Assembly (NCBI GenBank): GCA_947064765.1
Contig: CAMSWH010000003.1
Coordinates: 9,990 to 73,989 of the forward strand
Source: an uncultured Clostridium sp.
Lineage (GTDB): Bacteria > Bacillota > Clostridia > TANB77 > CAG-508
Direction of reading: 5' to 3'
DNA: 64,000 nucleotides
The notes beneath the pieces were generated by a model. It ran no database searches and was not told the DNA's origin. It was given only the letters and a program-made list of their open reading frames with translations. Made by a program: the position numbers and the translations under genes. How positions within the stretch are numbered: the first letter of the stretch is position 1; every line of letters begins with the position of its first letter. Positions 36,516 to 47,242 of this stretch are shown piece by piece.

Positions 36516-36544
36516 ATATTACTACTTTTTTCTCTTTTTGTCAA
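36516..36544 (-). promoter_or_regulatory. promoter of the infC operon
   Basis: Minus strand TTGACA (36539-36544), 17 nt, TAATAT (36516-36521). Confidence 0.55.
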
Positions 36545-36759
36545 CACATATATGATAATTTATTAAAATTTTATTGATTTAATTTCTTGAACTAATAAAT
36601 TTTGTTGCATTATTTTTTATTTAAAACTTTTACAATTAAAATTTTTAATCATTATCTTATAGTCAAATATTTTTTTATTAATTATTAAATTTTGTTTAAT
36701 TATAATAATGATAAAAAAATTACCTAATATAAAATAGATATTAGATAATTTTTAATTCA

Positions 36760-37353
36760 TTATATTTTTTCTTTTTTCTTAAATATAGAAAAGATCTTAT
36801 CTTTTATTTTTTCGATAAAACTTTTTTGTATAACATTATTCCTCTCAGAAAGTAAATTTTGAGTTGTAACTGTTTCTTCTACATGATCTGTATAATCTTG
36901 TATATCACTATTTTGCTCTGTATATTGACTATATCTTTGAACTACTCTTGGTTTTGAAAAATCTTCTTTTTGTAAATCATTTTCCTCTTTTACAACTTTT
37001 GCAGAAGCATTATCAAATAATTTTTCTACACTATATTTATCTCTCATTTGTTCTTCTAATTTTTCTTGATTACGAATCATTATTCCATATAATTCTTTTT
37101 TTCTTTCCTCATCTTCACACCAATATTTTAAGTGTAATAAAGCTATAATTTCCAAAGTATATCTTTTTAAACCTTGTTTTTGAAGTGGCACATATGGATC
37201 AACTTTAACTTCATAATTTGGATCTTTAAGTTCACTAAAAAAATTTAATATTTTTTTAGGTACTTTTTCTATATATTTTTCATTCATATGATTAATTATA
37301 TAATCAACTTCAGCATATGCACGAATATCATCAATTGTAATTACAACTCCCAT
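36760..37353 (-). CDS. 197-aa hypothetical protein
   Basis: ORF with GGGGGA-type RBS and host-like composition. No motif recognised. Lies 26 nt downstream of the 154-aa ORF. Confidence 0.6.
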   Translation of the reverse strand: MGVVITIDDIRAYAEVDYIINHMNEKYIEKVPKKILNFFSELKDPNYEVKVDPYVPLQKQGLKRYTLEIIALLHLKYWCEDEERKKELYGIMIRNQEKLEEQMRDKYSVEKLFDNASAKVVKEENDLQKEDFSKPRVVQRYSQYTEQNSDIQDYTDHVEETVTTQNLLSERNNVIQKSFIEKIKDKIFSIFKKKEKI

Positions 37354-37379
37354 TTGTAATCCCCCATTATCATTGGTAT

Positions 37380-37844
37380 TTATCTTTCTATATTATCTTT
37401 ATTCACTTCTTGTCCTATTTCTGTTTTTCCATTTTCTATTACATCATTTACAATTTCTTCTGCTGTTCTAGAATCTTTCTCTAATGCCTTTGATTGTTCA
37501 CTTACTTTTTGACCAGCTTCTATTGTAGCATTAAGGTTTGTTTTTTCAGCATTTTCTAGAGAAGCTTGTAATAATGCATTTTCATCTTTTGCTGTAGTAA
37601 CAGTTTCAGCTGAATATTTTGCAACTAAAATAAGTTTTTCTTGAACAGAAACCATTTTTTCTTCACCTATCCAACCATTAAAAGTATATGTTACTTGATT
37701 AGTTGGTTCTTTTGATGGAGTTTTTCCTTTATATTTTACAGGTTCTCCACTATTTACAAATTGGTGATCTAAAACAGTTTTTCTATCATCATCTAAAAAA
37801 ATTACCTCATACTGTTCCAATTCGCTGTACCTCCTATTTATCAT
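37380..37844 (-). CDS. 154-aa hypothetical protein with one Listeria-Bacteroides (Flg_new)-like repeat
   Basis: YEVIFLDDDRKTVLDHQFVNSGEPVKYKGKTPSKEPTNQVTYTFNGW resembles the Y.V.F....G......V..G......P..P....Y.F.GW repeat. Confidence 0.5.
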   Translation of the reverse strand: MINRRYSELEQYEVIFLDDDRKTVLDHQFVNSGEPVKYKGKTPSKEPTNQVTYTFNGWIGEEKMVSVQEKLILVAKYSAETVTTAKDENALLQASLENAEKTNLNATIEAGQKVSEQSKALEKDSRTAEEIVNDVIENGKTEIGQEVNKDNIER

Positions 37845-37972
37845 TTGTATTTTTACATAATAATTATATTATTATTGATTTTTTTTTGCAAGTATTTTTC
37901 CTATATATTTAGAAAATACTTTATATAGTAGAAAATTATAAATATTATTATATGTAATAACTTTCTTATCTA

Positions 37973-38053
37973 TAGACATGGAGACATATATGTTGTCTAA
38001 ATTAAAAATTTAAAATCAAATTAATTTAGACAACATCTACCTCCCCATATCTA
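37973..38053. repeat. REPIN-like palindromic element, copy B (degenerate)
   Basis: TAGACATGGAGACATATATGTTGTCTAAATT ... AATTTAGACAACATCTACCTCCCCATATCTA. Several arm mismatches, short 19-nt loop. Confidence 0.7.
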
Positions 38054-38105
38054 AATTTGGTCAAAGACTTTATATTATAGGAATTGTTAAACAATTTTCT
38101 ATAAT

Positions 38106-38140
38106 ATAAAAAAAAGTAGTGTAAGTTAAATTACACTACT
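38106..38140 (-). terminator. hup terminator
   Basis: AGTAGTGTAA (38115-38124) / TTACACTACT (38131-38140), with U8 on the minus strand. Confidence 0.8.
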
Positions 38141-38171
38141 TTCTATGAATTCATATAAATTTTATATAATT

Positions 38172-38450
38172 CTATTTTTTATTTACTAAATCTTTTAATG
38201 CTTTACCAGCTTTGAATACTGGAGCTTTTGATGCAGGTATTTTGATTTCTTCTTTAGTTTGTGGGTTTCTTCCTTTTCTAGCTGCTCTTTTTCTTACTTC
38301 AAAAGATCCAAATCCAACTAATTGAACTTTGTCACCTTTTGTTAAAGCTTCTGTTACAACGCTAACGAATGCGTTTACAGATTCTTCTGCAGATTTTTTT
38401 GTTTCTCCTGTTTTTGCAGCTATTGCTGCGATTAATTCAGCTTTGTTCAT
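38172..38450 (-). CDS. hup: DNA-binding protein HU
   Basis: 92 aa. [15 protein letters not shown]...[20 protein letters not shown] is the canonical HU. Confidence 0.95.
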   Translation of the reverse strand: MNKAELIAAIAAKTGETKKSAEESVNAFVSVVTEALTKGDKVQLVGFGSFEVRKRAARKGRNPQTKEEIKIPASKAPVFKAGKALKDLVNKK

Positions 38451-38625
38451 TTTAAATTTACCTCCTAATAGATTTTAGTTGTTATGTAGAATATCTATTA
38501 ATTTGTTCTACAATATTTTTATTCGCCAAAATGTGCTAAAATCCTTCTTTTTTTTATATTTTTTTATTTTTTTTATTTATTTTTCAAGTTTTTCAGCATC
38601 TTATTGTTGATATTTTTCAGTAATT

Positions 38626-40203
38626 TCAACACTTTGCTGTTTTTTCAAAAAAATCATTTTTATTTATAATTTTTATAGAAAAACAGCAAAAAACATATAT
38701 TACTACTGCAGAAAAAATAGAAATTATTGTACAAATATTAACATTTAAATTTTTTAAATACAAAATATTATATATTTTTTCTGAAATAAATATCATAATT
38801 ATACTTGCTAAAATTGGTTTTATGCTATACCTTATAATATTTAATTTTATTTTTATATTTCTCTTTAAAATTATAAGTACAATTATAAAAGAAATAATAT
38901 TAGATAAAATATTTCCTATTACTGCACCTTTTTCATATATTCCATTTATTGGTATTAATATAATATTAGATAATATTTTAAAAATTAAACCTATTATTGA
39001 TGCATAAACTGGTACATTATTTTTTCCTAATCCTTGAAGAACTCCATTTAAAGTCTGTACTAATAGCGAAAATATTATACTAAATGATGCTAAACTTAAA
39101 AGTCCCGCTCCATCATTAGCTTTTGGATACAATAAATCAAATATCCTATCTGCATAAAAATACATTCCAAAAGTACATGGTATTCCTATTATAATAGTAA
39201 TTAATATAGAAGTTTCTATTTTTTTTATTATCCCATCTAAATCATTAATTGCTCTTTTTCTAGATATTTCTGGTATTAAAGCTGTTGAAATAGCAATATT
39301 AAATGAAAGTGGTAACGATATTAATATATCCACTTTTGAACTTAATATACCATATTTAGCTATTGCTGTTTCTTCTCCTAAAATTTCTTTTAATATTCTT
39401 ACAACTGTAACTGAATCTATATTTTTTCCTAAAGATGATAGAATTGCACTTGTTGTTATTGGAATTGATATTATTAAAACTTTTTTTACAATATTTAAAA
39501 TTCTTTCTCTTGGAAAATTCACTCTATCTATGTAAATATTTTCCTTCTTAATTTTTATATATTCTTTAATTATAAATATTAAACTGCATAATGTTGCCAT
39601 TGTTGTTGCAAAATTCGCAACTGCTGCAAGAACTTCTTTACTTGATCTTGAAAATTTTGAAACTATTTCTACAAAAGTAATTGTAAAAATTGACTTCAAA
39701 ACTTGTTCAAAAAATTGTGATTTAGCTGTTATGTATATTTTATTTTCCCCATTACAGTATCCTCTAATAACTGAGGAAACTGATACAAAAAAAATTGCTG
39801 GTGATAAAACCATCAAACTTAACTTTGTTTCTGGTATTTGCAAAATCTCTTCAGATATAAATCCAGAAAATAAAAATAATAATATGCACCCAAAAAATCC
39901 TATTACAGAAAATAGAAATACAGATATTTTAAAAATTCTTTCAGAATTAGTATAATCTTTTATTGAGATTTTTTCTGAAATAATTTTAGAAATCGCATTT
40001 GGAACTCCTATAGATGATATTGTAAGTAGTAATGCATATATTTGATATCCACTCATATATATTGCATTACCTTCATCACCAAAACCACTTTTATTTGTCA
40101 TATATAAACTATATATAACTCCAAAAATCTTTATAAGTATTTGTGATATTACAAGTGATAATATACCTTTTAAAAAATCTGTTATCTTCAATTCTTCCTC
40201 CAC
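38626..40203 (-). CDS. MOP-superfamily flippase (SpoVB / MurJ-like polysaccharide biosynthesis protein)
   Basis: 525 aa with about 14 TM segments. Size and layout match stage V sporulation protein B. Confidence 0.75.
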   Translation of the reverse strand: MEEELKITDFLKGILSLVISQILIKIFGVIYSLYMTNKSGFGDEGNAIYMSGYQIYALLLTISSIGVPNAISKIISEKISIKDYTNSERIFKISVFLFSVIGFFGCILLFLFSGFISEEILQIPETKLSLMVLSPAIFFVSVSSVIRGYCNGENKIYITAKSQFFEQVLKSIFTITFVEIVSKFSRSSKEVLAAVANFATTMATLCSLIFIIKEYIKIKKENIYIDRVNFPRERILNIVKKVLIISIPITTSAILSSLGKNIDSVTVVRILKEILGEETAIAKYGILSSKVDILISLPLSFNIAISTALIPEISRKRAINDLDGIIKKIETSILITIIIGIPCTFGMYFYADRIFDLLYPKANDGAGLLSLASFSIIFSLLVQTLNGVLQGLGKNNVPVYASIIGLIFKILSNIILIPINGIYEKGAVIGNILSNIISFIIVLIILKRNIKIKLNIIRYSIKPILASIIMIFISEKIYNILYLKNLNVNICTIISIFSAVVIYVFCCFSIKIINKNDFFEKTAKC

Positions 40204-40461
40204 ATTTTCCTAGATATCTTTTTTATTTTTATACTTAAATTTTATTATGGATTTAAACTTATATTCTTTTTTATCTAATATATGTTAAAATCAATAAATT
40301 TTTCTAAATTTGTATAATAATTATAGTATTTTTTTTATTCAAATATAAAAATCAAAATTTTTCTTACGGAAATCAAGGTTTTTTACCGAAAAAGCTTGAT
40401 TTTTTTTCGATTTTGTAAGATAATATATATGTATATTTTTGAAAAAAGGATTTTTTAAATT

Positions 40462-42795
40462 ATGAAATACATTGATAAATTTTTAAAGAAATTAAAAACA
40501 GATAGAAATACTTTTGCTACGTATGTATTAACACTAATTTCTATATATTTATGTATAGATAGAATTGTAGAAGTATTATTTATGATATTCTCAGGTTTAT
40601 CTGTATCATATTGGGGACCTATAACATACACAATTGCGCTAGCATGCCCTGTATTTGCATTTTACTTTTCACCTGCATCAAAATTTGCTGAAAGCAAATA
40701 CACAAAAACTACATTCTTTTATATATATGCTTCAGCATTGCATATAATGGTAGTTTCAATGATTGTTCAGTGGATTAATCAAATAGGTTGGCTATTACTT
40801 TTCTCAGTTCCAAATTATTCATACATAATTACCACTTTTATGGATTTGATAAAACCTGCATTTTCAGCTCTTGCTTGGTATGTACCAGTATGTACAATAT
40901 ATCCTTTCTTTAAATGGTTATATTTAAAAGTTCAAGATACACTATATATTCAAGAATCAATTTGGGATTATAGTGGAATAGATTTATCAGATAAATCTAT
41001 TGGTATGGGACCATTTACTTGTGAAATGTTCTTATGTAAAGATAGAGAAACTAATAAAACAATTAAAACACCTGAATCTAGAAGATTTGAATCTACTTTA
41101 ATTGTTGGTGTTTCTGGCTCAGGAAAAACCTCAATGATGTTTGAACCAATGATTGCAAGAGACATAGAAAGAAAATACTTCTTTAAGGAAACAGCAAAAG
41201 AATTAGGATATACAGCATTACGTACAAATATTGCAAGTTTAACTTGTCCTTTCTCTAATGAATATATAAACGAAAACTTTACATTAAATATGATTACTCC
41301 TGTAGCTGGTAAAGAAAAAGTATATAAAGCATATTTCTCAAAAATGCTTTACAACTATGATGGAGAAAATTCAATTTACAAAAATCTTGGTATTACCTAT
41401 ATGGCTCCAGATTATGAGTCAATAACTCATATGAAGGAAGTAGCTAGTAACTTTGGAATTAAGTATCATATAATTGATCCAAATGACAATACATCTATTG
41501 GATTAAATCCATTTACATATGAGGATCCAATAAAAACATCTATAGCTATTTCATCTATTTTAAAAAGAATGTATGCTTCTGAAGAAGCACCTAACTTTGG
41601 AAATCATGATGAAGCTTTTATGGAGAACGTTGTTACTCAAGCTATAGAAAACTTAGTATTATTATTAAAAGAAGTTTACCCTAGAGAAAACGAAGGAGCA
41701 ATACCAAACTTAGAAGATTTATTAGAATTATTAAATGATTTTGATTTAATAGAAGAAATGTCTGAAAAAATGAAAAAATACCCAGAACTTGTAGAAAAAT
41801 ATAAAATTCAGCTTGGATATTTTAAAAAGACTTTCTATAAAACTGCTCATGGTAGAGATGAAACAGAAAGATATTTACAGGCCTCTGCTTCTCAACTTGA
41901 AAACTTGTTAAGATATCCTGGTGTTAGAAGTATTTTATGTAATAGAGTAAATAATTTAAATTATGATAAAGCTTTATCAAATGGAGATGTTACTTTTGTT
42001 TGTACACGTCGTGGTGATTTAGGAGCTAGTGCTCATAAAGCCTTTGGTCTATTCTTTATATTACTTATGCAACAATCTGTTTTATCAAGACCTGGAAATG
42101 AAAAAACTAGAATCCCCCACTTCTTATACATTGATGAGTTTCCACCTTTTGTATGTAAAGCAACAGAAGATATATTTACTTTATATAGAAAATATAGAGT
42201 TGGAACAATTATATCTTCACAAAACTTATCACAATTTGGTATAAAAAATGATTATAACTTTAGACAAACTCTTCTTGCTAACTGTACTACAAAAGTTGTT
42301 TTCGGTAACAATACTCCTGAAGACAACGAATGGTGGGAAAAAGAATTTGGTGATAAGAGACGTTGGATGTTTACACATGATTATAAAACTGATCAAGGTA
42401 AATATGATGATACTTATAAAAGTATCAAATGGCAATGGATTCCAAACTTCAAACAAGGTAAGGTTCAAGCATTAAAATTCAAATTTATAATTTACAAAAC
42501 AAAAGACTTAAAAGGAAAGAACCTTGTTGGTCAAGCTAAAATTGATTTCTTAGAATCAAGATATAAAGAAAAACAAAAAATCAAAAATTATAACTTTAGT
42601 AAATTCACAAGTGGAATTAGTACTAATGAAAGTGATGATTCAAATAAGCACAGATTTGATTTAAGAAATGTAAATTCCCATGCTAACCCAGATAACCCAA
42701 ATGATATGGATCCAATTCAAAATAATGAATCTAGTCTATCTTATAAATTTGATGATGAAAATGCAATAACATCATTCAATTCAAATAATGAATAA
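40462..42795 (+). CDS. membrane-anchored VirD4/TraG/TraD-like (type IV coupling protein-like) P-loop NTPase
   Basis: 777 aa with about 5 N-terminal TM segments. Walker A VGVSGSGKTS, Walker B HFLYIDEFPPF, TIISSQNLSQF and KVVFGN blocks in the order seen in T4CPs. Confidence 0.7.
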   Translation: MKYIDKFLKKLKTDRNTFATYVLTLISIYLCIDRIVEVLFMIFSGLSVSYWGPITYTIALACPVFAFYFSPASKFAESKYTKTTFFYIYASALHIMVVSMIVQWINQIGWLLLFSVPNYSYIITTFMDLIKPAFSALAWYVPVCTIYPFFKWLYLKVQDTLYIQESIWDYSGIDLSDKSIGMGPFTCEMFLCKDRETNKTIKTPESRRFESTLIVGVSGSGKTSMMFEPMIARDIERKYFFKETAKELGYTALRTNIASLTCPFSNEYINENFTLNMITPVAGKEKVYKAYFSKMLYNYDGENSIYKNLGITYMAPDYESITHMKEVASNFGIKYHIIDPNDNTSIGLNPFTYEDPIKTSIAISSILKRMYASEEAPNFGNHDEAFMENVVTQAIENLVLLLKEVYPRENEGAIPNLEDLLELLNDFDLIEEMSEKMKKYPELVEKYKIQLGYFKKTFYKTAHGRDETERYLQASASQLENLLRYPGVRSILCNRVNNLNYDKALSNGDVTFVCTRRGDLGASAHKAFGLFFILLMQQSVLSRPGNEKTRIPHFLYIDEFPPFVCKATEDIFTLYRKYRVGTIISSQNLSQFGIKNDYNFRQTLLANCTTKVVFGNNTPEDNEWWEKEFGDKRRWMFTHDYKTDQGKYDDTYKSIKWQWIPNFKQGKVQALKFKFIIYKTKDLKGKNLVGQAKIDFLESRYKEKQKIKNYNFSKFTSGISTNESDDSNKHRFDLRNVNSHANPDNPNDMDPIQNNESSLSYKFDDENAITSFNSNNE

Positions 42796-42816
42796 TAATA
42801 ATAATAATAATAATAA
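42793..42816 (+). repeat. (TAA)8 microsatellite beginning with the stop codon of the T4CP-like gene
   Basis: Eight consecutive TAA triplets read directly from the sequence. Confidence 0.9.
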
Positions 42817-42820
42817 AACT

Positions 42821-42854
42821 AACTCCCCTAACATAAAGTTAGGGGAGTTTTTTC
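42821..42854. terminator. bidirectional terminator between the T4CP-like gene and the YhgE-like gene
   Basis: AACTCCCCT (42821-42829) / AGGGGAGTT (42841-42849) followed by T6. Confidence 0.8.
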
Positions 42855-42876
42855 TATGTTACTATTACTCTTTTAT

Positions 42877-44892
42877 TTAATCTTCTTTATCATTATTTTC
42901 ATCTTTACTAGGAAGTACTATCTCTTCTTCTTTTTCTTCTTTAGAACTATTTTTTACACTGTCAATTATATTAATAAATTTTATAGCCTCTCTCTCTTCA
43001 CTTGATGAAAATTTATTATAATTATTTGATAACTCTTCCATTTTCTCTATTCTTGTTACAGTATCTTTTAAATCTCCATTTACAAAATTGTGTATCTTCT
43101 TTATACCTTCATTATTAAACTTTTTAATACCATCTACCAATGTATTACTTCCTTCTAATAATGTATTTGTTCCATTTGATAATTCACTTGTTCCGTTTTT
43201 TAATACTATTGAACCATCTGATAATTTTTTAGCACCTTCATCTAATGTTGCTGCTCCACTTGCTAAATCTGAAGCCCCATTTGCTATTGTACTTGCTGCT
43301 TGAGTTAATTGACTATTAGCTTGAGTTAATTCAGTTGTTGATGTCTCTAAAGTATTTAATCCAGCTTTTACTTGATTTGCTCCTGCTGATAATTGTCCTA
43401 TAGCACCAGCCGCTTGTGATGTTCCTGCATATACAGCTTCGGCACCTTGTGCTAATCCTACTGAACTTGTAGCTAAATAATTTATTGTTTCTTTTAATTT
43501 TGCTATACTACTTGCATCTATTCCGTTAGTAATATTTGATGTTGTATATGTTACTGGTGTACTTAAACTTGCAATAACACTTGATAAAGTATTATTATTT
43601 GCTTGTAATGAAGCTATAGCATTTGTATTTGAAGCCATTTGAGCACCTAAACTTGCTTTTAGTCCTTCGTCTTCTGATGCATCTATTGCCATTTGTAAAC
43701 TTGTATTTGTAGCACCTAGAGTATTGATAACAGCTTCATTATTTGCTATTGTACTTTGTAATTCTGGTATTTTTTGACTATTATTTGGTATCGTTACAGT
43801 TTCTGATGTAGAAGTTACTCCTCCAATTATAGAAGTAAGCATATTATCTACACTTGTTAATCCAGCTGATAAAGCTACAGCTCCATCACTAACCCCTTTT
43901 GCCCCATCTACTAAAGCTGTAGAGCTTTGATTTAAAGCAGCTAACCCATCATTAATACCATTGTAACTTGAATTTAATGAGCTAACTCCAGTTGATACTT
44001 GATTCATAGCACTATTAAATTCTTTTGATTTACTTGTATATTCTGCTGTTCCTGCTTTTAATGAATTGGCTCCATTAGTAATTTTGGAAGTTCCACCTTT
44101 TAATGTATCAATTCCATTATTCAATTCGTTTGCACCACTATTTAAGCTTTGTGCTCCATTATTTAAAGTAGAAACACCATCATTTAATTTTACTGCTCCA
44201 TCTTCAATTTGTTTACTTGCACTTTGTAATTCATTTACTTGATCAAAAAGTTCATCTGTTTTGTCTAGTATTTTATCTAAATCACCTTCTTCAAAAATTT
44301 TAGGACTGCAAAAACTCATAATATTACCTAATTTAAAATCTTTACTATCCATAGTAATTTCTATACTACTAGGTATTTCTACATCTTCTTTAGAAACATT
44401 TAAACTTTCCTGCATACCTGGCACCGCAAATCCTATTACTATTGTTTTACTGCCATCATTTATAACTTTTCCATTTGAAACTTGAACATTCTTATTATTT
44501 TCGTTATCTATTATTGCTCCAGAAACTACAAAAAATGGTGTATATATATTTTCTGTCTTTCCATTTATATATGTCTCATTTGACTCTTTATTTGTATATT
44601 CTAATATAATTTTTACTTTTCCAGTCTTTCCAGCTAAGTCTTTAGCATCAATAACCTTTCCATCTAATTCATATGTTATTTTACAATCAACAGGTAATTC
44701 TTTCTCTATTTCATTTTGAATTATCTCCTCTGATTCTGAATAAGTACTTACAATTGACTTATATTTTTCTCCACTTGAATTTAGTTTTGAATAAATAGTT
44801 TCTTCATTAGCAAAAGCAAATATAGGCATTGTATAACCTAACATTGTAATTAATACTGTACCTGAAATAACTTTCTTTTTTAAATCCTTCAT
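42877..44892 (-). CDS. YhgE/Pip N-terminal-domain-like secreted/anchored protein
   Basis: 671 aa with an N-terminal signal/anchor. The long central region carries repeated L..G...L..G heptad-like units (LNNGAQSLNSGANELNNGIDTLKGG...), typical of YhgE/Pip. No C-terminal TM bundle. Confidence 0.6.
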   Translation of the reverse strand: MKDLKKKVISGTVLITMLGYTMPIFAFANEETIYSKLNSSGEKYKSIVSTYSESEEIIQNEIEKELPVDCKITYELDGKVIDAKDLAGKTGKVKIILEYTNKESNETYINGKTENIYTPFFVVSGAIIDNENNKNVQVSNGKVINDGSKTIVIGFAVPGMQESLNVSKEDVEIPSSIEITMDSKDFKLGNIMSFCSPKIFEEGDLDKILDKTDELFDQVNELQSASKQIEDGAVKLNDGVSTLNNGAQSLNSGANELNNGIDTLKGGTSKITNGANSLKAGTAEYTSKSKEFNSAMNQVSTGVSSLNSSYNGINDGLAALNQSSTALVDGAKGVSDGAVALSAGLTSVDNMLTSIIGGVTSTSETVTIPNNSQKIPELQSTIANNEAVINTLGATNTSLQMAIDASEDEGLKASLGAQMASNTNAIASLQANNNTLSSVIASLSTPVTYTTSNITNGIDASSIAKLKETINYLATSSVGLAQGAEAVYAGTSQAAGAIGQLSAGANQVKAGLNTLETSTTELTQANSQLTQAASTIANGASDLASGAATLDEGAKKLSDGSIVLKNGTSELSNGTNTLLEGSNTLVDGIKKFNNEGIKKIHNFVNGDLKDTVTRIEKMEELSNNYNKFSSSEEREAIKFINIIDSVKNSSKEEKEEEIVLPSKDENNDKED

Positions 44893-45068
44893 AATTTTCC
44901 TCCTAATACATTTTCTTATAAATATTTAATATTTGGTATTGTACTTTATACTATAAATTCTTAGTTTTTATTTATTTGACATATTTATATTATAAATAAT
45001 ATTTTACTTTAATTTATTTTCATAGCTTTGACCATAAATAATATTTTCATTTTAATTTATATTTAATA

Positions 45069-47138
45069 TCAATTTTCTAACTTAGTCATTTTAGATGTTG
45101 TCTTGCAAATTATTTTATCAAATAATAATAAAAATGCTGGTAATGCAAGTACTACAGTAAACATACTAACAATTGCTCCTCTTGACATTAATGTACACAA
45201 TGAACCTATCATTTCTATTTTTGAATAAACACCAACACCGAATGTTGCTCCAAAGAAGCAAAGTCCACTTACAGCTATAGAACTTATTGATGTTCCCAAT
45301 GCTACATCAATTGATTCTTCTTTATTTTTTCCTTCTTTTCTAGCAGTAGCATATTTTGTAGTTATTAAAATTGCATAATCTATTGTTGCTCCTAATTGAA
45401 TTGTTCCAATAACAATAGATGCTATAAAAGGTAATATTGTATTTGTATAATAAGGAATTCCCATATTAATAAATATAGCAAACTCTATAACACAAATTAA
45501 TATAACTGGTAATGAAATAGATTTTAGTACTAATATCATAAGTATAAATATAATTCCTATTGAAACTGTATTAACACTATTAAAATCATGATCACTTATC
45601 TCAACCAAATCCTTCATTAAAGGTCCTTCACCAGCAAGTATTGCGTTTTCATCATATTCTTTCAAAATAGCATTTACCTTGTCAACTTGATCATTTAATT
45701 CATCTGTTGCCATTTCATAACTTGAATTTAATATTACTAATTGATATTTATCATTCTCTACTTTGCTTAATAAATCTTCTGGTAACATTTCTTTTGGAAT
45801 ACCTAAATCTGCAATTTTAGATAAACTTAATGTCCATTCAATTCCATCTATTTTTTCTATTTTATCAAGCATTTCATTTGTTCTCTCATTAGATATATTT
45901 TTATCTAATAAAACAATCTCTGTTGATACCATATTAAATTTCTCTTTTAATTCTGTATTTGCAGTTATACTTTGAAGAGTTTTTGGTAATGATTTATCTA
46001 AGTTATAATATATATCTGTATTTTTATATCCATAAAAAGCTATTGGCAATATAATTAAAAATACTATAATTGTTAGCTTGTAATGTTTAATTGTAAATTC
46101 TTTTAATCTTGTAAATTTAGGCATAATTTCTTTATGTTTAGTTTTCTCAATTAATGTATTTAATTCAAGTATCATACTTGGTAGTACTGTTACTACACAA
46201 ACAACTCCTAAAAATACACCTTTAGCCATTACTAAACCAATATCTTTTCCAAGTGTTAAATCCATACTACATAATGCTAAAAATCCTGCTATTGTTGTTA
46301 ATGAACTTCCTACTACCGAAACTAAAGTTTTTGAAATTGCAGTAGACATTGCTTTTTCTATATCTTGATTACATTCTTTTTCTTGCATATAACTATGATA
46401 TAAGAAAATTGCAAAATCCATTGTAACACCTAATTGTAAAACTGCACTAATTGCTTTTGTTATATAAGATGTTTCTCCAAGTAATATATTACTTCCCATA
46501 TTATAAAGAATTGCTATTCCTATATTTAAAAGCAATAAGAGTGGCGCTAAATATGAATCTAATGCTATTTGCAAAATTGCAAAACAGAATATAACAGATA
46601 TAACAACATAAATTACTACTTCTGAATTAGATAAATCTCTTGTATCTAAAACAACTGCTGACATACCACTTATCTTGCATCTCTCATCTGTAATTTCTCT
46701 TAAAGTTTCTATTGTTTTTAATGTCTCATCAGAAGATATTGCTTCTTTAAAAGTTGCCATCATTATTGTAGAATTCTCTTTATACGCTATATCTTTTATA
46801 TCATCTGGTAACATTTCTATTGGTATACTAGTTCCTAAAACATCTGCTATACTCCCTACCATTTCTACATTGTCTATTTTTTTAATTTCATCTTCTAATT
46901 TTAAAATCTCTTTTGTAGGCATATTATCTAAGATTATAATTGAGAATGCCCCCATATTAAACTCTTCAGACAATATATTCTCACCCTTAATAGTTTCTAT
47001 GTCATCTGGCAAATATACCAATATATCATAGTTTATTCTAGTTAATTTAATTCCTATTATAGATGGAATTAGTAATATTAAAGCTATTATTAAAATTATT
47101 TTTCTATATTTGCATATAATTTCACCAAACTTTTCCAT
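45069..47138 (-). CDS. MMPL/RND-superfamily transporter
   Basis: 689 aa. Two 6-TM-like bundles, each preceded by a soluble loop domain, which is the MMPL architecture. Confidence 0.85.
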   Translation of the reverse strand: MEKFGEIICKYRKIILIIALILLIPSIIGIKLTRINYDILVYLPDDIETIKGENILSEEFNMGAFSIIILDNMPTKEILKLEDEIKKIDNVEMVGSIADVLGTSIPIEMLPDDIKDIAYKENSTIMMATFKEAISSDETLKTIETLREITDERCKISGMSAVVLDTRDLSNSEVVIYVVISVIFCFAILQIALDSYLAPLLLLLNIGIAILYNMGSNILLGETSYITKAISAVLQLGVTMDFAIFLYHSYMQEKECNQDIEKAMSTAISKTLVSVVGSSLTTIAGFLALCSMDLTLGKDIGLVMAKGVFLGVVCVVTVLPSMILELNTLIEKTKHKEIMPKFTRLKEFTIKHYKLTIIVFLIILPIAFYGYKNTDIYYNLDKSLPKTLQSITANTELKEKFNMVSTEIVLLDKNISNERTNEMLDKIEKIDGIEWTLSLSKIADLGIPKEMLPEDLLSKVENDKYQLVILNSSYEMATDELNDQVDKVNAILKEYDENAILAGEGPLMKDLVEISDHDFNSVNTVSIGIIFILMILVLKSISLPVILICVIEFAIFINMGIPYYTNTILPFIASIVIGTIQLGATIDYAILITTKYATARKEGKNKEESIDVALGTSISSIAVSGLCFFGATFGVGVYSKIEMIGSLCTLMSRGAIVSMFTVVLALPAFLLLFDKIICKTTSKMTKLEN

Positions 47139-47160
47139 TTGTTACCTCCTTTGAATTTTA

Positions 47161-47242
47161 TGACTATTGGTCACTTTAGATATTATACTCTCATTCTGAC
47201 TATTAGTCAATACTTTTTTAATATTTTATTGACTAATAGTCA
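47161..47242. promoter_or_regulatory. three palindromic TetR-type operators in the MMPL/tetR divergent region
   Basis: TGACTATTGGTCA (47161-47173), TGACTATTAGTCA (47197-47209), TGACTAATAGTCA (47230-47242). Confidence 0.55.

Noticed and set aside
42793-42816. The (TAA)8 microsatellite might be a phase-variation switch.
   Set aside because: It starts at the stop codon and every unit is itself a stop, so length changes cannot alter the protein. It only changes spacing to the terminator.
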